From the NCBI GenBank assembly GCA_963827685.1, contig CAWHBU010000004.1:736001-800000 (forward strand): a stretch of DNA of 64,000 nucleotides, read 5' to 3'. A program made the position numbers and the translations under genes. Shown here piece by piece: positions 9,719 to 20,626 of this stretch. The DNA is from an uncultured delta proteobacterium (GTDB taxonomy: Bacteria; Desulfobacterota; BSN033; UBA1163). The notes beneath the pieces were generated by a model that saw nothing but the letters and a program-made list of their open reading frames with translations, made no database searches and was not told the origin of the DNA. Each line of letters begins with the position of its first letter. Positions within the stretch are counted from its first letter, which is position 1.

Positions 9719-10537
9719 ATGATCAAGATTGGGACGAGTGGTTTTTCTTTTCCGGACTGGAAGGGAACGGTTTATCCGGCAGGCATTCGGGAAAAGGATA
9801 TGTTATCCTTTTACGAAAAAGAGTTGGGGTTCAATGTCCTGGAGATCAATTTCACCTATTATACTCTTCCTTCTCAGAAGAGTCTGGCGGGAATGGCCCA
9901 AAAGACATCCGAGAGTTTTGAATTTGTGGTGAAGTCTTTTAAGGGGATGACCCATGAAATCTGGGATAAAGAGACCCGTTCGAGGATCGACAATCGGGAG
10001 ACCTTTAAGAAATTTAGATATGGCCTTGTTCCCTTGATAGAGGAGAAAAAACTCGCTTGTGTCCTGGCGCAGTTTCCTTATGGGTTTTTTCCCAATCGGG
10101 ATAATTTAGGCTACCTGGAAAGCTTCAAGGAGGAAATGATAGATACTCCCCTGGTTTTTGAATTCCGGAACCAAGCCTGGTTGAAAGAAGAGACCTTTCA
10201 ATATTTAGCGAAGAATGGGATTGGGTTTTGTGTGGTTGACGAACCCAAACTGCCCAATTTGATGTCCTACCATCCAAGGGCTACCTCGGAAATCGGCTAT
10301 TTCCGATTTCATGGCAGAAATCCCAATTGGTTCAATGTCCCGGTTAAGGTGCGGTATGATTATCATTACAGTGAGGAAGAACTGAAGGAATTCGTTCCAG
10401 GCATCAAGGATATTTCGCAGAAGACAGCAAAGACCCTAATCTTTTTTAATAACTGTTACTCCGGCTCTGCCGCTAAGAACGCCGCTCAGATGGCAAAGCT
10501 TTTAAATGCGGATTGTGGAATGCGGATTGCGGAGTAA
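9719..10537 (+). CDS. DUF72 family protein
   Basis: IKIGTSGFSFPDW, EINFTYY, YFRFHGRN, FFNN; ATG 9719 preferred to the ORF-track start. Confidence 0.92.
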   Translation: MIKIGTSGFSFPDWKGTVYPAGIREKDMLSFYEKELGFNVLEINFTYYTLPSQKSLAGMAQKTSESFEFVVKSFKGMTHEIWDKETRSRIDNRETFKKFRYGLVPLIEEKKLACVLAQFPYGFFPNRDNLGYLESFKEEMIDTPLVFEFRNQAWLKEETFQYLAKNGIGFCVVDEPKLPNLMSYHPRATSEIGYFRFHGRNPNWFNVPVKVRYDYHYSEEELKEFVPGIKDISQKTAKTLIFFNNCYSGSAAKNAAQMAKLLNADCGMRIAE

Positions 10538-10626
10538 TAATTCTGAAATTCAAAACCAAATGCCAGGCAGTGAATTAAGATTCCGAAATCCGAAATCCGC
10601 AATCCGAAATAGGAAGGGGAGGAAGC

Positions 10627-11004
10627 GTGATCGAGATCGATTTTAAGAAAGGGGATGGACTCATCCCGGTCATCATCCAGGATGCCTCCACCAATGAGGT
10701 CCTGATGTTAAGCTACATGAGTCGAGAATCGTGGAAAAAGACGCTGGAAACGAAGAAGGCGTCCTTCTGGTCAAGGTCTCGCAAAAGAATTTGGGTCAAG
10801 GGAGAGACCTCCGGAAATTTTCAGGAAATTAAAGAGATTTATCTCGATTGTGATGGAGATACCCTCCTGCTCAAAGTAGATCAGATTGGAGGAGCGGCCT
10901 GCCATACCGGTTTTCGGAGTTGCTTCCATCGACAATTGGTAAAAGGAAAATGGAAGGTTATCGGAAGGAGAATCTTTGATCCGAAGGAGGTATATGGAAA
11001 GTGA
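10627..11004 (+). CDS. hisI: Phosphoribosyl-AMP cyclohydrolase
   Basis: WSRSR..W.KGETSG, DCDGD, ACHTG..SCF. Confidence 0.96.
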   Translation: MIEIDFKKGDGLIPVIIQDASTNEVLMLSYMSRESWKKTLETKKASFWSRSRKRIWVKGETSGNFQEIKEIYLDCDGDTLLLKVDQIGGAACHTGFRSCFHRQLVKGKWKVIGRRIFDPKEVYGK

Positions 11005-11873
11005 AAATGCTGAAGGTTGGAATTCCAAAAGGGAGTCTGGAGAATGCCACCATTGAGCTTTTTAATAGGGCGGGATGGAAGATCACGGTGAGTTCTCGAA
11101 GTTATTTTCCCGTGGTGGATGATGACGAAATTCGCTGTACCTTGGCCAGGGCCCAGGAGATGTCAAGGTTTGTGGAGACAGGGACCTTGGATGTGGGGCT
11201 GACCGGGAAGGATTGGATTTTAGAAAATGGCTCCGACGTCGTGGTCGTTCAGGATTTGATCTACTCCAAGACCAGCCCTTCTCCTGCTCGATGGGTTTTG
11301 GTCGTAGCCGAGGATTCTCCCGTCCGTCAACTTAAGGATTTGAGAGGGAAAAAGATCTTCACCGAACTCGTCAATTTTACCAAGCGGTACTTTGCGGAGC
11401 GAAACATCAAGGTGGATGTGGAGTTTTCATGGGGGGCCACAGAGGGAAAGGTGATTGAGGGATTGTGCGATGCGATTGTGGAGGTCACAGAAACGGGGAG
11501 TACTTTAAAGGCGAACGGCCTCCGCATCGTGGAAGAATTGATGCAGACCAATACGCAGCTGATTGCCAATCGGACGTCCTATCAAGATCCGTGGAAAAGG
11601 GAAAAGATTGAGCAGATCTCGCTTCTTCTTCAGGGAGCCCTCCGAGCGGAGGGAATGGTGGGGCTCAAGATGAACGTATCGGCCAATGAGCTCAAGAGCG
11701 TGATGGAGATCCTTCCCAGCATCACCGGCCCCACGATTTCAAACCTTTTTCAGAGCGATTGGTTTGCTATCGAGGTCATGGTTTCGGAAAAGGTGGTGAG
11801 GGAACTCATCCCGCAGCTGTTAAAGCGGGGAGCAGTGGGGATCATCGAATATCCCCTCAATAAAGTCATCTAA
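11001..11873 (+). CDS. hisG: ATP phosphoribosyltransferase (long form)
   Basis: [32 protein letters not shown]-terminal regulatory domain. Confidence 0.96.
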   Translation: MKMLKVGIPKGSLENATIELFNRAGWKITVSSRSYFPVVDDDEIRCTLARAQEMSRFVETGTLDVGLTGKDWILENGSDVVVVQDLIYSKTSPSPARWVLVVAEDSPVRQLKDLRGKKIFTELVNFTKRYFAERNIKVDVEFSWGATEGKVIEGLCDAIVEVTETGSTLKANGLRIVEELMQTNTQLIANRTSYQDPWKREKIEQISLLLQGALRAEGMVGLKMNVSANELKSVMEILPSITGPTISNLFQSDWFAIEVMVSEKVVRELIPQLLKRGAVGIIEYPLNKVI

Positions 11874-11884
11874 GATTAAAAAAT

Positions 11885-11990
11885 AGGTTAAGGTTTAGGT
11901 TTAGGTTCAGGTTAAGGTTAAGGTTAAGGTTAAGATAAAATAATAGAAAGGCCTTCCCTCAATCTCAACCTTAGCCTCAACCTCAACCTG
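11885..11990. repeat. Palindromic AGGTTR 6-mer array between converging hisG and rlmD
   Basis: (AGGTTA)n followed by inverted (YAACCT)n. Confidence 0.8.
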
Positions 11991-13275
11991 GCTGCGTGAG
12001 CAGTCCCACCACTTCCATGTGATACGTCTGGGGGAACATATCGATGAGGCCGAGCCTCTGGAGGGAATATCCCCTCTCCGAGAAGAGGCGGAGATCCCGC
12101 GCAAAGGTAGTGGGTTCGCAAGAGACATAAATGATTTTTTTAGGTTTCCATCTGACCAACTGGTCCAGGATCGTTTTGCACCCTGTTCTGGGAGGGTCGA
12201 GGACGACGAGGTCGGGTGTTTCTTTTTTCCAATTCATAGCAACATCTTCTACCCTTCCATAAACGAAATCGCAGTTATTCATCCCATTTCTTTCTGCATT
12301 GAATTGGGCATCTTCGACGGCCATCCTACTCTCTTCGATCCCCAAGACCCCCCTCGCCCGGGTGGCCAATGGGAGAGAGAGGTTTCCCACGCCGGCATAG
12401 AGGTCGAAGACCCTATCCCGCTGATTCACCTCTGAGAATTGGAGAACGGTCTGAATTAATGTTTGATTCTGTTCCGGATTGACCTGGGAAAAACTCCCCG
12501 GCGAGATTCGAAGCTTAAAAGTTGTCTCTTGATACAAAGGGATCGTAAAATTCAGAACAGGGTCACCGAAAAGATTTAGTCCACCTTTTCTCGACAGGGC
12601 GATGCCCCGCAGGATCGGCTGACTCTGAAGGAACTTCTTCATAAAACAGTCGATCCGCTGATCATAGGAATGAGCGTGAAATAGAATAAGTCCTCTCCCT
12701 TCCTCTGGGGATACATTGATTTCGATCTCTTCCATGCGTGACAAGGCGGCTAATTCCACTCGGAGTTCTTGGATGATCTGATTGACCAGAGGATGTGAGA
12801 TGGGGCAGCGGTCGATCTGCACAATCTGATGGGACCTTTCTTGATAGTAGCCGATCGCTTTTCCCCTCACCTTCAGTTGAATTCGGATCCGGTAATCATA
12901 AGGCTTAGGCGAAAGGACTACTCTGATGGTAGGAATTTCCTTCAGCCTCCCCAATCTTTTGAGGATATCCCTTAAAATCTCTTTTTTTAGCTCCCCTTGG
13001 ATCGAATAGTCGATGTGTTGCCACTGGCAGCCGCCACAACTCCCGAAGTATGGGCAGGGAGGATTCACTCTCCAAGGAGAGGGTTTGATGATTTCGACTA
13101 ACCTCGCCATGGAGTATTTCTTCTTCTCATCCATAATCTCGATCCATGCCTCATCGCCAGTCACAGTGTGAGGGACGAAGACCACTTTGCCGTGGATTCG
13201 GGCCACGCCGTACCCTTTAAAAGCTACAGACTCAATAGGGACCTGAACTTTTTTCACCATGGTTATAAATAGCAC
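11983..13275 (-). CDS. rlmD: 23S rRNA m5U1939 methyltransferase
   Basis: TRAM domain, CPYFGSCGGC, SFSQVN, DLYAGVG, LDPPRTG, YVSC, DMFPQT.H.E; probable start ATG 13260. Confidence 0.93.
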   Translation of the reverse strand: MLFITMVKKVQVPIESVAFKGYGVARIHGKVVFVPHTVTGDEAWIEIMDEKKKYSMARLVEIIKPSPWRVNPPCPYFGSCGGCQWQHIDYSIQGELKKEILRDILKRLGRLKEIPTIRVVLSPKPYDYRIRIQLKVRGKAIGYYQERSHQIVQIDRCPISHPLVNQIIQELRVELAALSRMEEIEINVSPEEGRGLILFHAHSYDQRIDCFMKKFLQSQPILRGIALSRKGGLNLFGDPVLNFTIPLYQETTFKLRISPGSFSQVNPEQNQTLIQTVLQFSEVNQRDRVFDLYAGVGNLSLPLATRARGVLGIEESRMAVEDAQFNAERNGMNNCDFVYGRVEDVAMNWKKETPDLVVLDPPRTGCKTILDQLVRWKPKKIIYVSCEPTTFARDLRLFSERGYSLQRLGLIDMFPQTYHMEVVGLLTQPG

Positions 13276-13580
13276 GGTGGGGAATGATATTCAACGGATT
13301 CAAGGAGGGGAAGGAGCTGTGATTCAGACAGTAAGACTATAGACCTCAGACATTAGACTAAAGAGGAGAGTTGGCCTCAAATTGCACAGAAATGAAGACC
13401 TATCAACCGTCAGGGGAGTTAGCGCTCTCGTTATGTATGAAAGAATTTCGAAGAAGCAAAAATGGTGAGGTAATTCCTCGTATTAAAAGAGTCTGAGGTC
13501 AAACGTCTGACCTGCTATCGAACAAGTTCTTTGGCAGGTGAGGGTCCGGTGTCTGCCTTGCAGGGAAAGGATAGGATGGA

Positions 13581-13609
13581 TTGACATCTCGTCATGATTT
13601 TGTTAGTTT
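13581..13609 (+). promoter_or_regulatory. Sigma70 promoter for the accD operon
   Basis: TTGACA-17 bp-TAGTTT with TG extended -10. Confidence 0.6.
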
Positions 13610-13642
13610 TAGTCACTTAAAGGGAGAGGGAGACCGGAGAGG

Positions 13643-14497
13643 ATGACCTGGTTTAAAAAAGGTGAAGAAGAAAGAGAAGAAAAAGAGAAACGAGAAGAGC
13701 TGAAGCCCTCTGACCAGCTTTGGGTGAAATGCAACTCTTGTAATGAGATCATCTATCGGAAGGTCATCGAACGGAATCTTCAAGTTTGCCCCAAGTGCAA
13801 CTACCATTTTCAGATCCCTGCTCGGAGGAGAATCGATTGCGTCGCGGACCCCGGGACCTTCATCGAATATGATGCGAACCTTGTCTCTACCGATCCTTTA
13901 GAGTTCAAAGATTCGAAGCGATATCCCTCTCGAATCAAAGAATCCCAGGAAAAGACCGGACATAAGGATGCCATCATCTGTGGGGAGGCGAGGATTGAAG
14001 ACCAGCCAGCAATGATTGGCATTTTCGAATTCAATTTTATGGGTGGGAGTTTGGGGTCGGTGGTGGGAGAGAAGATCACTCGCTTAATCGAACGAGCCAT
14101 CGAAAAGAGATTCGGTGTGATTATCTTCTGCGCCTCGGGCGGGGCAAGGATGCAGGAGGGTATCCTCTCTTTAATGCAGATGGCAAAAACCAGCGCGGCC
14201 TTGGCTAAACTTCATCAGGCGAGAATTCCCTATATCTCGGTGTTGACTGATCCCACCACAGGCGGAGTCTCCGCCAGCATCGCCATGTTGGGCGACATCA
14301 TCATTGCGGAACCCAAGGCGATGATCGGATTCGCAGGGCCCAGGGTGATTAAGGAGACGATTCGGGCCGAGCTCCCAGAGGGATTCCAACGTGCGGAGTA
14401 TCTTCTCGAACATGGGATGGTTGACCTGATTGTGGAGCGTAAGGATCTCCGACGCACGCTCGCCTCCTTTCTGGAAATGCTCAACCCAAAGAGTTAA
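13643..14497 (+). CDS. accD: Acetyl-CoA carboxylase carboxyltransferase beta subunit
   Basis: LWVKC..C zinc ribbon, [31 protein letters not shown]. Confidence 0.97.
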   Translation: MTWFKKGEEEREEKEKREELKPSDQLWVKCNSCNEIIYRKVIERNLQVCPKCNYHFQIPARRRIDCVADPGTFIEYDANLVSTDPLEFKDSKRYPSRIKESQEKTGHKDAIICGEARIEDQPAMIGIFEFNFMGGSLGSVVGEKITRLIERAIEKRFGVIIFCASGGARMQEGILSLMQMAKTSAALAKLHQARIPYISVLTDPTTGGVSASIAMLGDIIIAEPKAMIGFAGPRVIKETIRAELPEGFQRAEYLLEHGMVDLIVERKDLRRTLASFLEMLNPKS

Positions 14498-14513
14498 AAG
14501 AGAGACCTGATCC

Positions 14514-15806
14514 ATGGGGCAAGACGCCTATCAAAAGTCGCTGGACTATCTTTACCGACTCGAAAAGTTTGGAATGATTTTTGGACTGACTCAGGTGGAG
14601 AGAATCCTCAACGCCATTGGAAATCCCCACAAAGAGGTTCAGGCCATCCACATCGGAGGGACAAACGGAAAAGGGTCCACCGCGGCGATGATGAGTTCGA
14701 TCCTGCAGAAGGAGGGCTACCGGGTGGGGCTATACACCTCTCCTCACCTCGTTCGATTTACGGAACGGATCAAGGTGAACGGGAAAGAGATCGAGGAAGA
14801 AGAGGTGGCCGCCCTGGCAGAATGGATGAGAAAGGAAATCGAGACGGCGGGCATCCCCCCTCCCTTTACCTTTTTCGATTTTACCACCGCCATGGCGCTT
14901 CACTATTTCAATCAGAAATTGGTGGATCTCGCCATTTTAGAGGTGGGGTTGGGAGGAAGACTTGATTCCACCAACGTGGTCGACCCCCTGATCTCCATCA
15001 TCACGAATATCGCTAAAGACCATGAGCAATATCTAGGCAAAACGATCTTGAAGATTGCCAAGGAAAAGGCGGGCATTATTAAGAAGGGAAGACCGTTGGT
15101 CACCGCTGCCACCCAACCTCAGGTGCTCCGTCTTTTTTCAAAGATCTGCCAGGGAAAAGGATCCCCTTATTTTCGCATTGGGAAAGAGTTTCTCTATGAG
15201 CGGGCAGAAGATGGGGATTTCGACTATGAAGGGATCAATCGAAAGTTGTGGGGTATCCATCTCAATCTCAAGGGGTTTCATCAGGTCATCAATGCGACCA
15301 CGGCACTTGGTGCGATGGAGGTTTTAGAAAATTTGGGGTATCGCGTCTCCACGGACGCAATGGTCGATGGGTTGAGGGAAGTGGATTGGCCGGGAAGATT
15401 GCAGATGGTTTCTTCCTCTCCCAGGGTCATCCTCGACGGCGCTCACAATCCAGCCGGAGTTCTTGCTCTGAAGGAGTCATTGAAGAAAGAGTTTCAATAC
15501 CGGCACCTCATCCTTCTCATTGGAATCATGAAGGACAAGGATGTCCGATCCATGCTTCATCTTCTGGCTCCCATGGCTGATACTATCATCCTCACCAAAC
15601 CCCATACGGACCGCGCCGCTCCTCCCTCTTTGCTCAAAAAGGCATTGGGACAGAATGGGAAAAAAGCAGAGACTGCGGAAAACCTTCAAGAGGCGATCGA
15701 GAGAGGTCTCTCGCTGACCCAAGAAGAAGACCTCCTCTGCGTTACCGGGTCCCTCTACACCGTTGGAGAAGCCGGGGCCTATTTTCATCCCGAGAAGGGA
15801 TCATGA
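14514..15806 (+). CDS. folC: Folylpolyglutamate/dihydrofolate synthase
   Basis: HIGGTNGKGS, YTSPHL, EVGLGGRLDSTN, DGAHNP. Confidence 0.97.
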   Translation: MGQDAYQKSLDYLYRLEKFGMIFGLTQVERILNAIGNPHKEVQAIHIGGTNGKGSTAAMMSSILQKEGYRVGLYTSPHLVRFTERIKVNGKEIEEEEVAALAEWMRKEIETAGIPPPFTFFDFTTAMALHYFNQKLVDLAILEVGLGGRLDSTNVVDPLISIITNIAKDHEQYLGKTILKIAKEKAGIIKKGRPLVTAATQPQVLRLFSKICQGKGSPYFRIGKEFLYERAEDGDFDYEGINRKLWGIHLNLKGFHQVINATTALGAMEVLENLGYRVSTDAMVDGLREVDWPGRLQMVSSSPRVILDGAHNPAGVLALKESLKKEFQYRHLILLIGIMKDKDVRSMLHLLAPMADTIILTKPHTDRAAPPSLLKKALGQNGKKAETAENLQEAIERGLSLTQEEDLLCVTGSLYTVGEAGAYFHPEKGS

Positions 15807-17992
15807 GAAATCACTGGTTCATTCTGAACTCCTTCTTTGTCCTCTTCATGGTCACTTATCCCCTTCCTATTCATGCTATCGTAGGGGAGGTGAGTGTGAT
15901 GAAAGCGGAAGGGCCTGTGGACATTGAGGCCGATGAGCTCACCTACGACAGGGAGACACAGACCTATGAGGGCCATGGACAGGTGGAACTGAACCGAGGA
16001 GATCTCTCTCTCAAGGCAGATCATGCTCGATTGAATATGGCGACCAAAGAACTGGTGGCGTGGGGAAACGTTTTATTGAGAGAAGGAGAAGATGTGATTG
16101 AATGTCAACGCCTGGAAGTCAATGTAGAGACCCGATTGGGAAAAATTCATCAGGCCAGGCTTTATTTAAAGGATCAGAATTTTCATATCACCGGCGGAGA
16201 GGTAGATAAATTAGGAGAAAATCACTATCGGATATGGGATGGTTCATTGACGACCTGCGATGCGAAACGGCCACCCTGGAAATTTACCATGAAGGAAATC
16301 GAAGTGAAAGAAATGGCTTTGGGAGGATGGGGGATTGCCAAAGGGCCCCTCTTCTACTTTGAGGATATTCCGGTTCTCTATTTTCCCTGGGGTATTTTTC
16401 CTGTGAGACAAGAAAGGCAATCCGGTTTTCTCATGCCTTCAATAGGATATTCGAGCACGTATGGTCTTGAATTGAAGAACGGTTTTTACTGGGCGTTTGC
16501 AAAGAATATGGATGCCACGCTCTTCTTAGATTACTTGGGGGATAGGGGATTCAAAGAAGGCTTGGAGTACAGTTATGCCTTCACTAAAGATACAAAGGGA
16601 CAAGCGAATTTCTACTTCATCGATGATCAGATTCTTCATAAGGATCGGTATGCTTTCTTCATTGAACACCAGCAGAAGCTTCCCTATGATTTTTATCTCA
16701 AAGGGAACGTCAATCGTGTGAGCGATCATCAATATTTTCAAGATTATAAAAATGAAGGCCTTCCCGAAACGGCCGATATGGCGGAGATTGATGCAACGAC
16801 CTTAAATCTCTTGAGATCCGTTGTTTTCGGGGGAAAGAACTGGGATCAGTTTAGCCTCTTGGTCAACAATGAGGTTTTTGATAATTTTATCCAGCCGAGC
16901 AATGACGCAACGGTTCAGAAACTTCCCCAGATCAGTTTTTTTGCCCATCCCCAATCCCTTTTCAACACTCCTTTTTTCTACAATATGACTTCGTCATACA
17001 CCAACTTCTGGCGGGAGAGGGGTGTCGAGTCGCACCGGGGAGATTTCTTTCCCACAATCGCTTATCCCGTTCGGCTTCTTAATGTGCTGAAGTTCGAGTC
17101 GGATGTCGGACTGAGAGAGACCTTTTACAGGAACTACAATGATCGAACCGGCACATTCGAGGGGTGGAAATCGAGGGAAACCCTGGAGGCGAATGCCCAG
17201 ATGTCTGCTGAGTTTTACCGGGTCTATGATGCCGAAACGTTTTCGAAGATTTCCGACCTCTTTAAGGTGTCAAAATGGATGCACACCGTCGAGCCGACCA
17301 TCAGTTATCAATATAGTCCTCCGGTGAATCAGAGTGACCTCCCCATCTACGATGGGGTGGACCGAATTCCCTATACCAATCAGATCACCTATGGGTTTAC
17401 CCAACGCCTGCTGGGAAAACCCGATACAGGAGGAGTCAATACTGGAGCCGTTGAGTATGCGAAGTTAAAAATTTTTCAAAGTTATAGCCTTAGGGATCCT
17501 TCCTGGTTTAACCCCCAGTTTATCGATGCGGAAGGAAAGAAGCGCTCCCTTTCAAATATCGAAGGACAACTGTGGTGGAATTTCGGTCCCTATGTTTCGG
17601 CTTATTGCGATACAGAGTTCAATCCCTATCGAGGAAGTTTCGATCTAATCAATTCTTCGATTGGTGCCAAAGATCGAAGAAGCGATGTGGTGAGCGTGGG
17701 CTATTCGATCACCCGAAGTACGATTAAGGAGATCAATCTCGATGCCAGGGTGAAGACAATCTCCCCTCTATACCTTTTCGGTTCATATTACTATAACCTC
17801 TTAGAGGGAACATGGGTTCTGTGGAAGTTCGGCGCAGAATATCAAACCCAGTGCTGGTCAGCGGCCTTTGTTTTGGAGAATATCAACCGGTCTCTTGATC
17901 GAAGTCTAAAACAGGAGCTGAAGTTCAGTTTCTATTTTAATCTTCTGAATATTGGTTCGGCGGGGCAAAGGCCTATTTACATGAAAATGTGA
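15803..17992 (+). CDS. lptD: LPS assembly outer membrane protein
   Basis: OstA-like N-domain, TTCD..PPW, RQSGFLMP, beta-barrel with QCW. Confidence 0.92.
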   Translation: MRNHWFILNSFFVLFMVTYPLPIHAIVGEVSVMKAEGPVDIEADELTYDRETQTYEGHGQVELNRGDLSLKADHARLNMATKELVAWGNVLLREGEDVIECQRLEVNVETRLGKIHQARLYLKDQNFHITGGEVDKLGENHYRIWDGSLTTCDAKRPPWKFTMKEIEVKEMALGGWGIAKGPLFYFEDIPVLYFPWGIFPVRQERQSGFLMPSIGYSSTYGLELKNGFYWAFAKNMDATLFLDYLGDRGFKEGLEYSYAFTKDTKGQANFYFIDDQILHKDRYAFFIEHQQKLPYDFYLKGNVNRVSDHQYFQDYKNEGLPETADMAEIDATTLNLLRSVVFGGKNWDQFSLLVNNEVFDNFIQPSNDATVQKLPQISFFAHPQSLFNTPFFYNMTSSYTNFWRERGVESHRGDFFPTIAYPVRLLNVLKFESDVGLRETFYRNYNDRTGTFEGWKSRETLEANAQMSAEFYRVYDAETFSKISDLFKVSKWMHTVEPTISYQYSPPVNQSDLPIYDGVDRIPYTNQITYGFTQRLLGKPDTGGVNTGAVEYAKLKIFQSYSLRDPSWFNPQFIDAEGKKRSLSNIEGQLWWNFGPYVSAYCDTEFNPYRGSFDLINSSIGAKDRRSDVVSVGYSITRSTIKEINLDARVKTISPLYLFGSYYYNLLEGTWVLWKFGAEYQTQCWSAAFVLENINRSLDRSLKQELKFSFYFNLLNIGSAGQRPIYMKM

Positions 17993-18014
17993 TCAACGGT
18001 TCAGGAGGAGTGAA

Positions 18015-18743
18015 ATGAAAGGCGTTATTTTGGCGGGAGGCTTAGGGACACGACTCTACCCTTTGACAAAGGTGACCAACAAACACCTCCTTCCCGTCTA
18101 CGACAAACCGATGATTTATTACCCGATTCAGACCTTGATTAATGCGGGGATCGATGACATCTTGATTGTCACGGGCGGGAATAATGCCGGAGATTTCTTA
18201 AAGCTATTAGGGAACGGAAAAGAATTCGGGCTCAAACATATTAACTACACGTATCAAGAAGGAGAAGGGGGTATTGCAGAAGCCCTTCGGTTAGCAGAGT
18301 TCTTTGCCTCAGGAGAAAAGGTCTGTGTGGTGTTGGGAGACAACATCATCGAGAAGAACATTCGAAAGGCGGTAGGAAATTTCCGAAGGCAAAAGAAAGG
18401 GGCAAAGATATTGTTAAAGGAGGTTCCTGATCCACAACGGTTTGGAGTTGCCGAGTTGAAGGGAGATCGGATCGCTGGAATCGAAGAAAAGCCGAAGAAG
18501 CCGAAATCCCCATACGCCGTGATTGGAATCTATTTTTTTGATCGAGAGGTCTTTAACATCATCAAGACCCTTAAACCCTCTGACCGAGGGGAATTGGAGA
18601 TCACCGATGTCAACAATCGGTATATTGAAAAAGGGCTCATGACATGGGATATTTTGGAGGGGTGGTGGACCGATGCAGGGACTTTTGAGTCCTTGATTCG
18701 TGCAAACCAATTGGTTGCCGAAACGGGCGCTAACAACCTTTGA
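18015..18743 (+). CDS. rmlA: Glucose-1-phosphate thymidylyltransferase (short form)
   Basis: GVILAGGLGTRLYPLT, RGELEITD, WTDAGT. Confidence 0.92.
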   Translation: MKGVILAGGLGTRLYPLTKVTNKHLLPVYDKPMIYYPIQTLINAGIDDILIVTGGNNAGDFLKLLGNGKEFGLKHINYTYQEGEGGIAEALRLAEFFASGEKVCVVLGDNIIEKNIRKAVGNFRRQKKGAKILLKEVPDPQRFGVAELKGDRIAGIEEKPKKPKSPYAVIGIYFFDREVFNIIKTLKPSDRGELEITDVNNRYIEKGLMTWDILEGWWTDAGTFESLIRANQLVAETGANNL

Positions 18744-18850
18744 TCCGCCAATTCCAAATGACATAACCCCCCTTCATCCCCCCTTAAATTAAGGGGGGAA
18801 TAGAGGGGGGTTAACGTAATCTGAAATCTGGAATTGAGTTAGGGGAGGGA

Positions 18851-19309
18851 ATGATGATACACGGAGTGAGGACGAAATGTCTGCGGGTGATTCCGGATGA
18901 GCGGGGGAGGGTGATGGAGGTTCTCAGGGCGGATGATGACCTGTTTCTGAAGTTTGGTCAAGTGTATATCACCACCACCTATCCTCAGGTGGTGAAGGCC
19001 TGGCACTATCATAAGGTCCAAACCGATCACATCTGCGCCATCCAAGGGATGATCAAGCTGGTCCTGTATGATCCGCGAGAAGGTTCTCCGACCAAAGGGG
19101 AGATCGATGAATTCTTCATCGGGGTCCACAACCCTCTGCTGGTTCAAGTGCCCAATGGGATCTATCATGGATGGAAATGCATTAGCGAGGAGGAAGCCAT
19201 CATACTCAACGTTCCAACGGAGGTCTATGTTTACAGCACGCCAGATGAGTACCGTCTCCCACCTCATAGGAAGGATATTCCTTATGATTGGGCGAGAAAA
19301 GATCGATAA
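18851..19309 (+). CDS. rmlC: dTDP-4-dehydrorhamnose 3,5-epimerase family
   Basis: DERG, VVKAWHYH cupin motif; rml context. Confidence 0.85.
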   Translation: MMIHGVRTKCLRVIPDERGRVMEVLRADDDLFLKFGQVYITTTYPQVVKAWHYHKVQTDHICAIQGMIKLVLYDPREGSPTKGEIDEFFIGVHNPLLVQVPNGIYHGWKCISEEEAIILNVPTEVYVYSTPDEYRLPPHRKDIPYDWARKDR

Positions 19310-19427
19310 CAACTGCCCGCATAGAGCAGAGGGCATAGCGCATAGCGTTCAATCTTTTTACGCCATGGGCTATGCCTGCCTACCGCAGGCAGGCGCTATG
19401 CGCCATGCAATTCGTTGATTGGAGTGA

Positions 19428-20447
19428 ATGATGAACATCTTAATCACAGGGGGTTGTGGGTTCATCGGAAGTAATTTCATCCGCTATTTTTTAAAATCCT
19501 ACCCGGATTATTCTCTGATTAATGTCGATAAATTGACCTACGCAGGAAATTTAGAAAACCTCTCCGATCTCTCGCGTTCTCCCCATTACCATTTCATCAG
19601 AGGAGACATCACGGATGCTCCTCGAGTAGAAGAACTGATCGGCAAAGGGGTGGAGGCGATCGTTAACTTCGCCGCTGAATCCCATGTGGATCGGTCGATT
19701 GAAGATCCCAGCGCCTTTATGAAAACCAATGTCTTTGGGACCTTCGTTCTTCTCGAAGCAGTGCGGAAAGTTTTCCCCAAGCAGCGGATCCGCTTTCTTC
19801 ATATTTCCACCGACGAGGTCTACGGCTCCCTCGGTGAAAGCGGAGCTTTCACCGAAGCAACCCCCTTGGCGCCCAATAGCCCTTATTCCGCGAGTAAAAC
19901 GGCTGCAGATATGTTGGTCAGGGCTTATCATCATACGTATGGGATTCCTGCCACCATCACCCGATGTTCCAATAATTATGGGCCTTATCAATTTCCTGAA
20001 AAACTGATTCCCCTGATGATTTCAAATGCCCTCGAAGATAAAGAGTTACCCATTTATGGTGATGGGATGAATGTGCGAGACTGGATCTACGTCGAAGATC
20101 ACTGTCGGGCATTAGATGTCGTGTTGCACCAGGGGAAGGAGGGAGAAGTTTATAATATAGGGGGACGAAGCGAAAAGCCAAATTTGACTGTGGCCAAGAC
20201 TATTTTGGATCGGTTGGGAAAACCTCATTCCCTGATTCGGTTTGTCACCGATCGGCCAGGCCACGATCGTCGTTATGCCATTGACTTCTCTAAAATCGAG
20301 CGAGAACTGGGTTGGAGACCTTCTGTCTCCTTTGAAGAGGGAATCAGTATGACGGTGGGATGGTACCAGGCCCATCCGGAGTGGTGGAAAAAAATAAGGA
20401 CCGGGGAGTATCTGGACTATTACAATAGGACGTATAAAGACCGTTAA
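19428..20447 (+). CDS. rmlB: dTDP-glucose 4,6-dehydratase
   Basis: TGGCGFIGSNF, AAESHVDRSI, STDEVYG, YSASK, DRPGHDRRY. Confidence 0.97.
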   Translation: MMNILITGGCGFIGSNFIRYFLKSYPDYSLINVDKLTYAGNLENLSDLSRSPHYHFIRGDITDAPRVEELIGKGVEAIVNFAAESHVDRSIEDPSAFMKTNVFGTFVLLEAVRKVFPKQRIRFLHISTDEVYGSLGESGAFTEATPLAPNSPYSASKTAADMLVRAYHHTYGIPATITRCSNNYGPYQFPEKLIPLMISNALEDKELPIYGDGMNVRDWIYVEDHCRALDVVLHQGKEGEVYNIGGRSEKPNLTVAKTILDRLGKPHSLIRFVTDRPGHDRRYAIDFSKIERELGWRPSVSFEEGISMTVGWYQAHPEWWKKIRTGEYLDYYNRTYKDR

Positions 20448-20480
20448 AAAGAATTGTGAATTTTGGAATTATGAATTTAG

Positions 20481-20611
20481 GGTTTTGGGTTACTTGGGTT
20501 TCTTGAGTTGAGAAAAATAGATGAGTTCGATGAACTGGATAAACCCAATGAACCCAATAAACCCGTTAAACTCAATAAACCCAATAAACCCAACGAACTT
20601 AATAAACTCAA
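20481..20611. repeat. Palindromic 9-mer array (TTGRGTTNN / NNAACYCAA)
   Basis: Tandem AATAAACCC-like units with inverted copies upstream; the same family recurs in the prophage. Confidence 0.8.
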
Positions 20612-20626
20612 ATTTTAGACGGAGAG